From Planctomycetota bacterium (GTDB lineage: Bacteria > Planctomycetota > UBA1135 > UBA2386), in assembly GCA_965223545.1 (NCBI GenBank), contig OZ245006.1, forward strand, positions 5,600,001-5,664,000: 64,000 nt of DNA, read 5' to 3'. The notes below the pieces were generated by a model. That model was not told the DNA's origin and did not search any database. It was given only the letters and a program-made list of their open reading frames with translations. Below, in pieces: positions 1 through 7,380 of this stretch; position 1 is the first letter of the stretch; each line of letters begins with the position of its first letter. The position numbers and the translations under genes were made by a program.

Positions 1-1
1 C

Positions 2-241
2 GCGATCCGAAGCGGTGCCCGGGAGCGCCTCGTGCCGATTCTGATGACGGCTCTGACCTCGGCCCTGGCCTTGATCCCGTTGGTGTTGGCCAAGGGTGAG
101 ATCGGCAGCGAGCTGCAGTATCCGATCGCCGTGGTCATTCTGGGTGGGTTGGTCAGCAGCACGTTCCTCAACCTGTTCGTCGTGCCGGTCGCCTTCGAGG
201 CGTTCGCCGGCAAGGCGCGGAGTGGCGGCGCTTCCCGCTGA
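2..241 (+). CDS. CusA/CzcA-family RND efflux transporter, C-terminal fragment (5' end outside window)
   Basis: Open frame from window edge: [23 protein letters not shown]...[25 protein letters not shown], the typical last two TM helices of heavy-metal RND permeases. Confidence 0.88.
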   Translation, partial: AIRSGARERLVPILMTALTSALALIPLVLAKGEIGSELQYPIAVVILGGLVSSTFLNLFVVPVAFEAFAGKARSGGASR

Positions 242-344
242 ACGCCGGCCTGCGACAAACCGCTGATTCGGATCACACTCCGATCGGCCCACGTGCAAGA
301 ATCTCCAGCCGACAACCGGCCGAGCACCTGCCGCGGTGGATGAC

Positions 345-1409
345 ATGAGCGACACGTCGACGATTCCGTTCTCCCTGCTCCTCTTGTTGGCGGTCGCCTG
401 CGGTGACGCCACGCCGCCGCCGGCGCCCGCCGGCGGCGGTGCGTCCAGTGCGGCGCCCGCGCCGGAGAGCGATCACGGGGCCGAGACCGAGGTGGGCACG
501 GTGCGCGTTGGCGCCCGGGAGTTTCGCGTCGTCCAGCTCGGTGAGTTGGTGCCGGGGAAAGAGGGAGCCTTCGAGGTTCACGGCGCCGGCGCGACACCCG
601 ACGTGCGCGGTCTCCGCGCCTACCTGTGGGTCGAAAGCGATGACGGTGCCCAGGTGAGCGCCCCCGAGAAGGGGCTACCCGGCGGCGACCGGTTGCACTT
701 CCACGTCACGCCGCGCCAGGGCACTGCACCCGTGCGCGTCGTGTTGCGCGTGCGTGGTGACGATGGCGACGAACGCGGCTCGCTGCCCCTGCCGAACCCG
801 CCAAGCGCGGCCGCGCCCGCCGACCGCGCGGAGAGCGCGCCCGCCGGCGAACCGCACGCTGTGTTGGCCGGTGGCTGGACGCAGCAGCTCGACGATGCGA
901 CGGAAGACTCGCCGGCGAGCCGCTTCGTCATCGACGCCGACACCGTCGAAGCCACGCAGGGACCCAACGCCTGCCTCTGGGTGCCCGTCGTGGCCGACGG
1001 GAATTATCGCTTGTCGGCCACCGTGACCCATCTCGACTCCGGGCTGCATCCGCACGGCGCCGGTCTCACCTTCGGCGGCACCGATGTCCACGGCACTGCG
1101 CAGCGCTACACGTACTTCTTGGTGCGCGGGGATCGGCACTTCTTGATCAAGACGCGCGCGGGCGAAGACACCGCCGACGTCGTGCCGTGGACCGAGCACG
1201 AGGCGGTCGCCGCCGAGGACGACGAGGGCTTGATGGAGAACCGGCTCGCGGTCGAAGTGCGCGGCGCCGAAGTGGTGTTCTCGATCAATGGCACCGAGGT
1301 GCACCGGGGCGCGCGCGACGACCTGCCGTCCGACGGCCGCATCGGACTGCGCTTGGTGCACGACCTGCACGTCCGCTTCACGGTTCCGGTCGTCGAGCGC
1401 TTGGACTGA
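345..1409 (+). CDS. Putative lipoprotein with C-terminal DUF1080-like (concanavalin-fold) domain
   Basis: Hydrophobic signal with lipobox-like LAVAC, Pro/Ala linkers, C-terminal NRLAVEVRG..VVFSINGTEV...GRIGL pattern; domain call tentative. Confidence 0.55.
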   Translation: MSDTSTIPFSLLLLLAVACGDATPPPAPAGGGASSAAPAPESDHGAETEVGTVRVGAREFRVVQLGELVPGKEGAFEVHGAGATPDVRGLRAYLWVESDDGAQVSAPEKGLPGGDRLHFHVTPRQGTAPVRVVLRVRGDDGDERGSLPLPNPPSAAAPADRAESAPAGEPHAVLAGGWTQQLDDATEDSPASRFVIDADTVEATQGPNACLWVPVVADGNYRLSATVTHLDSGLHPHGAGLTFGGTDVHGTAQRYTYFLVRGDRHFLIKTRAGEDTADVVPWTEHEAVAAEDDEGLMENRLAVEVRGAEVVFSINGTEVHRGARDDLPSDGRIGLRLVHDLHVRFTVPVVERLD

Positions 1410-1426
1410 GCCGCCGGAGGCCGCGC

Positions 1427-1960
1427 ATGCATCGCCCCGTCCCGACACCGATCGCTGGCGTCACCCTGCGCTTCGCCGAGCCAGCGGACGCTGCCACGAT
1501 CCTGCGCTTCATCCGCGAGCTCGCCGACTACGAGCAGCTGGCGGACCAGGTGGTCGCCGACGAGGCTGCCGTGCGCGCGACCGTGTTCGGTGACGCCGCC
1601 GGGCCCGAGGTCGTGTTGGCCGAAGACGCGGGCGCGCCGATCGGCTTCGCCCTGTTCTTCCACAACTACTCGACGTTCTTGGCGCGCCGTGGGCTGTATC
1701 TGGAGGATCTGTTCGTGACGCCGGCGGCGCGCGGCCGCGGGGTCGGCAAAGCGCTGCTCGCCTATCTGGCGCGGATTGCGGTCGAGCGCGGTTGTGGGCG
1801 GATGGAGTGGGCGGTGCTCGATTGGAACCAGCCGGCGATCTCGTTCTACGAGGGGCTCGGTGCGCGGCCGGTGGATGAGTGGCGCACTTTTCGCGTTACC
1901 GGTGACGGGCTCGCAAACCTGGCCAGACAGTTCGAGGCGGGATCGGGGACGCCGCAGTAG
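1427..1960 (+). CDS. GNAT N-acetyltransferase (SSAT/diamine acetyltransferase-like)
   Basis: IRELADYE, YSTF...GLYLEDLFV, acetyl-CoA motif RGRGVG, VLDWNQPAISFY; GGAGG RBS before ATG 1427. Confidence 0.92.
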   Translation: MHRPVPTPIAGVTLRFAEPADAATILRFIRELADYEQLADQVVADEAAVRATVFGDAAGPEVVLAEDAGAPIGFALFFHNYSTFLARRGLYLEDLFVTPAARGRGVGKALLAYLARIAVERGCGRMEWAVLDWNQPAISFYEGLGARPVDEWRTFRVTGDGLANLARQFEAGSGTPQ

Positions 1961-2090
1961 GCGAAGGCTCCGGGGGCCCTGCGCCCGGGCAGAAACGTGT
2001 CGTGGGGGGCGCCGCGGCGGCGTCTGCAACAATGGGCGGCCCATCTCCTCGGCCGCCAATGGCACGATCTCTTCCCGTCGCACCTTCCCC

Positions 2091-3710
2091 ATGCGCGTCC
2101 TTCTCTCCTCGTTGGCCGGTGTCGTCGCCGGTCCTCTCTCGGCGCAGTTCGTCGAACCCGTCTGCGTCACGCACACTTGGAACGGCAGCCAGCTCGGCGA
2201 ATCGTTCGGCTGGGTCTCGGCGCCGCTGCGCGACATCGACGGCGACGGCGCGATGGAGGTCGCGATCACCGCGCCGGGTCGGTCCGGCAATCGCGGTCGC
2301 GTGTCGATCCGCTCCGGTCGCACGGGCCGGTTGTTGCGGCGGTCGGTGGGCACGGTGGCCGGTGCTCGTTATGGCCACGCCGTGCGCGACGCCGGTGACC
2401 TCGACGGTGACGGCGCCACCGATTACGTCGTCGGCGCTCCCGGCAGCAGCACGGTCGCTGGGACCGCGGAGGTGTTCTCGGTGAGTGCCAGCCTGCTGCT
2501 CACCATGCAGCAAGGCGTGGCCGGGGATCAGTTCGGCTACTCGGTCGCCGGACCCGGCGATCTCGATGGAGATGGCGTGCCCGACTACGCGGTGGGCGCG
2601 CCCGACACCAACAACCCCGGCGCGCTGGCCGGCGCGGTCTACGTGCTCAGTGGTGCCGGCGGCGGTGTCCTGCACGTCTTCCGCGGCGCGCCCGGCGACC
2701 GGCTCGGGACTGCGGTGGGGGCTATTGGCGACGTCACCGGCGACGGGCGCTCGGAGCTGGTGCTGGGGGCGGTGGGGGCGCCGGGCGGTGGACTCGCGTA
2801 CGTCTACGACGTCGGCCAGCCCGCGCAGCCGCTCTACACGCTGACTCCCGATGCCAGCGCCGCCAGTTTCGGCCAGTACTTCGCCGACTCGCCGGGGGAC
2901 GTCAACGGCGACGGTTGGCCGGACGTCTACGTCGGTGACTTCTCCGATTCCGGCGCCGGGCGCGCCGCCGGCCGCGCCTACGTCTTCGACGGCCGCAACG
3001 GCCAACGCATCTGGACCATTGCCGGGACCACGCCGGGCGGCGGCTTCGGCATCGGCCGCGGCGCCGGCGACGTCGATGGCGACGGGCGCGCGGATCTCTT
3101 GTTGTGTGCTTGGCAGGACAGCTCGGGAGCGCCCTTCGCCGGCAAAGCTTGGGTCTACTCCGGCGCCAACCTCCAGGTGCTGCACACCTTCACGTGCAAC
3201 GTCGCCGGCGCCACGGTGGGCTTCGACGCGCACGGCATGGGCGACGTCGATAACGACGGCCGCCAGGACTTCCTGCTGACGGGGGCTCAGCTCAACGGCA
3301 GCACCGGGGTCGCCTACCTGGTCTCCGGCTGCGCGGCGGCCGGTCGCAGCTACGGTGCCGGCCTGGCGGGCGCGGGTGGAACCGTGCCGCAGCTGTCCCT
3401 GCAGGGTTGCGCCGAGCCGGGCGAGGCCGTCGCGCTGGCCGTGCAGGGAGGGTTGGCGTCGGCGCCCGGCGTGCTCCTGGCGTCGGCGACCGCGGCGATG
3501 ACACCGCTCGCCGGCGGCCAGCTGTTGGTCGGCGCGGGAGTGGCGTGGCCGCACCGTCTGGACGCCGCGGGCACGATGTCGTTGCCGCTGACCGTGCCGA
3601 ACACCCCCGCGATGCGCGGCACCTCGACGTACTTGCAGGCGGGCTACGCCGATCAGGCCGCCCCACTGGGGTTGTCGTTGACGGCTGGATTGCGCGTCGA
3701 CGTCAAGTAG
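2091..3710 (+). CDS. Secreted FG-GAP / integrin-alpha beta-propeller protein with extra C-terminal domain
   Basis: Signal peptide ending LSA|Q; seven DxxxDG repeats (DIDGDG, DLDGDG x2, DVTGDG, DVNGDG, DVDGDG, DVDNDG) with FG/YG..GAP motifs. Confidence 0.9.
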   Translation: MRVLLSSLAGVVAGPLSAQFVEPVCVTHTWNGSQLGESFGWVSAPLRDIDGDGAMEVAITAPGRSGNRGRVSIRSGRTGRLLRRSVGTVAGARYGHAVRDAGDLDGDGATDYVVGAPGSSTVAGTAEVFSVSASLLLTMQQGVAGDQFGYSVAGPGDLDGDGVPDYAVGAPDTNNPGALAGAVYVLSGAGGGVLHVFRGAPGDRLGTAVGAIGDVTGDGRSELVLGAVGAPGGGLAYVYDVGQPAQPLYTLTPDASAASFGQYFADSPGDVNGDGWPDVYVGDFSDSGAGRAAGRAYVFDGRNGQRIWTIAGTTPGGGFGIGRGAGDVDGDGRADLLLCAWQDSSGAPFAGKAWVYSGANLQVLHTFTCNVAGATVGFDAHGMGDVDNDGRQDFLLTGAQLNGSTGVAYLVSGCAAAGRSYGAGLAGAGGTVPQLSLQGCAEPGEAVALAVQGGLASAPGVLLASATAAMTPLAGGQLLVGAGVAWPHRLDAAGTMSLPLTVPNTPAMRGTSTYLQAGYADQAAPLGLSLTAGLRVDVK

Positions 3711-3766
3711 CGGGTGCAAGCGGCGGGCGTTGACGCGGCGACCCGTTCCGCCACGATGTTGCGGAC

Positions 3767-4360
3767 ATGAGGCGCGCGGACCTGCCGGACGACCCCTTGG
3801 CGCTGTTTCGCGGCTGGGATGCCGAGGCGCGTGCCGCCGGGGTTCCCGAGCCCGATGCCGCGGCGCTGGCGACCGCCGACTCCGGCGGCCGGCCGTCGTG
3901 CCGCATGGTGCTGGTGCGCGGCGTCGACGCGCGTGGCTTCGCGTTCTACACCAGCTACGAGAGCCGCAAGGGCGAGGAACTGCGCGCCAATCCCGCCGCC
4001 GCCTTGCTCTGGTGGTGGCCGGTGTTGGGCAGGCAAGTGCGGGTCGAAGGCGCGGTCGAGGTGTTGCCGGCGGCGGAGTCGGACGCCTACTTCGCCGGCC
4101 GGCCGCGGGAGAGCCAGATCTCGGCGGCCGCGTCGCCGCAGTCGCGAGCGATCGACGACCGCGCGGCGCTGGTTCGTCTCACCGATGCCCTGGCCGCGCA
4201 AACGGCTGGCGGACCGGTTCGCCGGCCGGCGTGGTGGGGCGGGTTTCGCCTGGCTCCGTCGGCGGTCGAGTTCTGGCAGAACGGCGAGCACCGCCGGCAT
4301 GATCGGTTTCGCTACGAGGTCGGGGCCGGGGGCTGGACCGTCGCGCGGCTCGCGCCTTGA
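3767..4360 (+). CDS. pdxH: Pyridoxamine 5'-phosphate oxidase
   Basis: RMVLVR, FYTSYESRKG, RQVRVEG, YFAGRPRESQI, EFWQ...RRHDRFRY, W...RLAP. Confidence 0.97.
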   Translation: MRRADLPDDPLALFRGWDAEARAAGVPEPDAAALATADSGGRPSCRMVLVRGVDARGFAFYTSYESRKGEELRANPAAALLWWWPVLGRQVRVEGAVEVLPAAESDAYFAGRPRESQISAAASPQSRAIDDRAALVRLTDALAAQTAGGPVRRPAWWGGFRLAPSAVEFWQNGEHRRHDRFRYEVGAGGWTVARLAP

Positions 4361-4387
4361 CGCGCCGGTGCCCGCCGGCGGCGGAGC

Positions 4388-5284
4388 TCACCTCTGGCGG
4401 ATCGGCGTCGCGAAGGCGTCGTGCTCGCGGCGGAGGACGGCCAGGTCCTCGTCGGTGAGCTGCTTCCTGGTGCGGGCGAGCATCTCGAAGAACCACGCCG
4501 CCTCCGGCTCGGTGACCGGACAGCCGACGTTGCCATCGGGACCGACCGAGGTGACCTGCCGAGTGCCGTCCGCCGAGAAGATGGCAAACCACGGCATGCC
4601 ACCCTTCTCGCCGGCGCGCAGCTCGTCGGCGAGCTCGGCACCGCCGGGCATCCGGTCGGTATCGATCTTCACCTCGACGTAGTCGCTGCCGAGGAGGCGG
4701 TGTACTTCGGGGCGCCCGAGGAACTCCTCGAGCTTGAAGCACCAGCCTCACCACGGCGCTGCCAGATGGACCAACAGCTGCTTGCCGCTCTCCTCGGCCT
4801 CGGCGCGGGCGCGTGCGTACACCTCGCGCGCCGCCGGCATCGGCGTGCGCAAGCAGTGCAGGAGCTGGCCGAGCGCGTCGTCGTCGCACTGCTTCAGGAT
4901 CGTGCAGCCGAACTTCGCCAGCAGGCCGCCCTCGGGGTCGTGCACCGTCAGCGTGGGCAGTCGGTGCGGCACCTCCGTGCCCAGCTCGGCGGCAACGGTG
5001 GCGTGCTCGGCGTCTGCCGCCACGACCTCGAACTCGTATCGCAGATACGCGTCGCCGATCTTCAGCTTGGCGAGCCTGGTGGCGCGGTCGGTGACGTCGC
5101 TGTCCGCCGCGGTCCACAACACGGCGAGGCGCTTGGCGCGCGCCGCCGCGATGTCGACCGCGGCGCGCAGCCGGTCCGGCGCCGCGGCCGGCGCCTGGCG
5201 GTCGGGCTGCGCTGTCGCCGGGGCGGGCAGCAACGCGACGGCCAACGCCATCGAGAGGGCGAGCGGGGGAGGGTGAGTGTGCAT
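4388..5284 (-). CDS. Secreted thioredoxin-fold protein, probable selenoprotein (UxxC; Sec at TGA 4748-4750)
   Basis: ORFs 4748..5401 and 4388..4672 are in the same frame; read-through gives LVHLAAPW-U-GWCFKLEEFL...GGMPWFAIF (cis-Pro loop); AGGAG RBS before ATG 5284; signal peptide ending ATA|Q. Confidence 0.85.
4702..4742 (-). promoter_or_regulatory. Putative bacterial SECIS hairpin
   Basis: mRNA after UGA: lower stem GUGCUUC/GAAGUAC, upper stem CUCGAGG-AGUU-CCUCGGG; apical loop begins 22 nt after UGA with G in second position. Confidence 0.65.
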
Positions 5285-5421
5285 CGCTGTGCTCCTGGAT
5301 GCGTGAGCGGTCTGGGGGCGGTCTCGGCGGTCGGCGCCGCGGTCGAAATTCCTGGCCGCTGGGATGGGTCTTCCGCGCGACCTATGCTTTCGATTGAACA
5401 AATCCTAGCGGGAGCTCGACC

Positions 5422-6054
5422 ATGACACTGCGTTTGGGGGACACCGTCCCCGATTTCACCGCCGAGACCACCGAGGGCACGATCTCGTTCCACGACTGGA
5501 TCGGGGATTCCTGGGCGGTGCTGTTCTCGCACCCCAAGGACTTCACTCCGGTCTGCACCACCGAGCTCGGCTACATGGCCGGGTTGAAGAGCGAGTTCGA
5601 CAAGCGCGACACCAAGATCATCGGCCTCAGCGTCGACGATTTGTCGAGCCACGCGGAGTGGTCGGCCGACATTGCCGAGACCCAGGGGCACGCGCCGAAT
5701 TATCCGCTGATCGCCGATCCGGAGCGAAAAGTGGCGGAGCTCTACGGCATGATCCACCCCAACGCGCTCGACTCGCTCACCGTGCGCACCGTGTTCGTCA
5801 TCTCGCCGGCCAAGACGGTGATGATGATGCTCACCTACCCGGCCAGCACCGGCCGCAACTTCGACGAGATCCTGCGGGTGATCGACTCGCTGCAGCTCAC
5901 CGCCAAGCACAAGGTGGCCACCCCGGTGCAGTGGACCCCGGGCGGCGACGTCATCATCGTTCCCGCGCTGTCCGACGAGCAGGCCAAGCCGCTGTTCCCC
6001 AACGGCTGGAAGACCGTCAAGCCCTACCTCCGCGTCGTCCCCCAACCCAACTAA
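5422..6054 (+). CDS. 1-Cys peroxiredoxin (Prx6 subfamily)
   Basis: FSHPKDFTPVCTTE, TYPASTGRNFDEILRVIDSLQLT, VATPVQW. Confidence 0.97.
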   Translation: MTLRLGDTVPDFTAETTEGTISFHDWIGDSWAVLFSHPKDFTPVCTTELGYMAGLKSEFDKRDTKIIGLSVDDLSSHAEWSADIAETQGHAPNYPLIADPERKVAELYGMIHPNALDSLTVRTVFVISPAKTVMMMLTYPASTGRNFDEILRVIDSLQLTAKHKVATPVQWTPGGDVIIVPALSDEQAKPLFPNGWKTVKPYLRVVPQPN

Positions 6055-6116
6055 CGCACGTACGGAGCCAGGCTCCCGTTCATCACTTCCGGCCCGGCCT
6101 TTGGGTGGCCCGCGCC

Positions 6117-7325
6117 TCAGCCACCCGCTCGACTCCGCTCCTCGAGCGCGGTGTGAATGCGCAGGTCGCCCTCCAGCGTTCGGTGGACGGGACAGCGCTC
6201 GGCGATCTCGCGCAGTCGATCGCGCTGATCGTCGTCGAGTGCGCCACGCAGCGTGAGCCGGCGCTCGATGTGGTCGGTGCGCGCCGCGCCCTCGCCCTTC
6301 TCCTCGGTGCGCCAATGGCGCAGCTCCACCCGCACGTGCTCGAGGTCCCACTTCTTGTGGCGTGCGTACATCCCCAACGTCATCGACGTGCAGGTGCCGA
6401 GGGCGGCGAGCAGGAGGTCGTAGGGAGCGGGTCCGGTGTCGCCGCCGCCGATCGCCACCGGCTCGTCGGCGATCCACGCGTGGCGACCCGCGACCACGGT
6501 TTGCTCGAAGCCGCGCGCGGAGCCCTCGACCACCACGCTCCCGTCGGCCGCGTCGGTCGGTGGCGACGCGTCCACGTAGCGCGCCGCCCACGCCGCCAAC
6601 ACCCCGGCCGCGTACTCGGCGTCGGCACGATCCGAGAGCAGGTGATCGGCATCGTCGAGCGAGACGAAGCTCTTGGGGTGTTGCAGCGCGGCGTACAGCC
6701 GTCGGGCATGGTCGACGTCGACGATCTCGTCGGCCGGTGAGTGCAGGATCAAGACCGGCACGCGGAGTTCGCGCAACCGGTCGCCGAGCCGCTGCTCGTC
6801 CAGATCGTCCAAGAACTGCTTCTTGATGGTGAACGCGCGGCCGGCGATGCGCACGCCGGCGACGCCGCGCGCCTCGATCGTCGATAGCTCGTCCTGTAGC
6901 AGGTGGCGGACGTGCTTGGGATCGCTCGGCGCGCCGATCGTCGCCACCGCCCGCACGCCGTCGATGCGCGCGGCGGCGGCGAGCACGGCGGCGCCACCCA
7001 AGCTGTGGCCGACGAGCAGGGCGGGGGCGCGGTGCACGGCGCGCAGATGCGCCGCCGCATCCACCAGATCGTCGACGTTGGAGGAGAAGTTGGTGTTGGC
7101 AAAGTCTCCCTCGCTGCCGCCCAGACCGGTGAAGTCGAAGCGGAGCACGGCATAGCCGGCGTCGCTCAACGCCCGGCTGACGCGGCTCGCGGCGGCGATG
7201 TCCTTGGAGCAGGTGAAGCAGTGTGCGAACAGGGCGAACGCGCGCGGGGGCCGCGCCGGCCATTCCAGCCTTCCCGCGAGGCGTTCGCCGTCGCGGTTGT
7301 CGAACTCGAGTTTCTCGCTGCGCAT
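6117..7325 (-). CDS. Bifunctional alpha/beta hydrolase / OsmC-family protein
   Basis: FAHCFTCSKD, RFDFTGLG, GHSLGG nucleophile, ADHLL; C-terminal ADEP...GPAPYDLLLAALGTCTSMT...CPVHRTL. Confidence 0.95.
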   Translation of the reverse strand: MRSEKLEFDNRDGERLAGRLEWPARPPRAFALFAHCFTCSKDIAAASRVSRALSDAGYAVLRFDFTGLGGSEGDFANTNFSSNVDDLVDAAAHLRAVHRAPALLVGHSLGGAAVLAAAARIDGVRAVATIGAPSDPKHVRHLLQDELSTIEARGVAGVRIAGRAFTIKKQFLDDLDEQRLGDRLRELRVPVLILHSPADEIVDVDHARRLYAALQHPKSFVSLDDADHLLSDRADAEYAAGVLAAWAARYVDASPPTDAADGSVVVEGSARGFEQTVVAGRHAWIADEPVAIGGGDTGPAPYDLLLAALGTCTSMTLGMYARHKKWDLEHVRVELRHWRTEEKGEGAARTDHIERRLTLRGALDDDQRDRLREIAERCPVHRTLEGDLRIHTALEERSRAGG

Positions 7326-7332
7326 CACCACG

Positions 7333-7373
7333 ATCTTAGAGGGCTGCGCTTCGGTGGCGCAGCCTCCTAAGAT
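7333..7373. promoter_or_regulatory. Palindromic divergent promoter region between hydrolase-OsmC and phoX
   Basis: 17-bp arms ATCTTAGAGGGCTGCGC / GCGCAGCCTCCTAAGAT (2 mismatches) around a 7-nt loop; TAAGAT lies 7 nt before the ATG on each strand. Confidence 0.6.
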
Positions 7374-7380
7374 GTCGCCC

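Noticed and set aside
4748..4750. Genome-wide UGA reassignment (Trp or Gly) as explanation for the in-frame TGA
   Set aside because: pdxH, phoX, asnS and other conserved genes end at TGA at their normal C-termini
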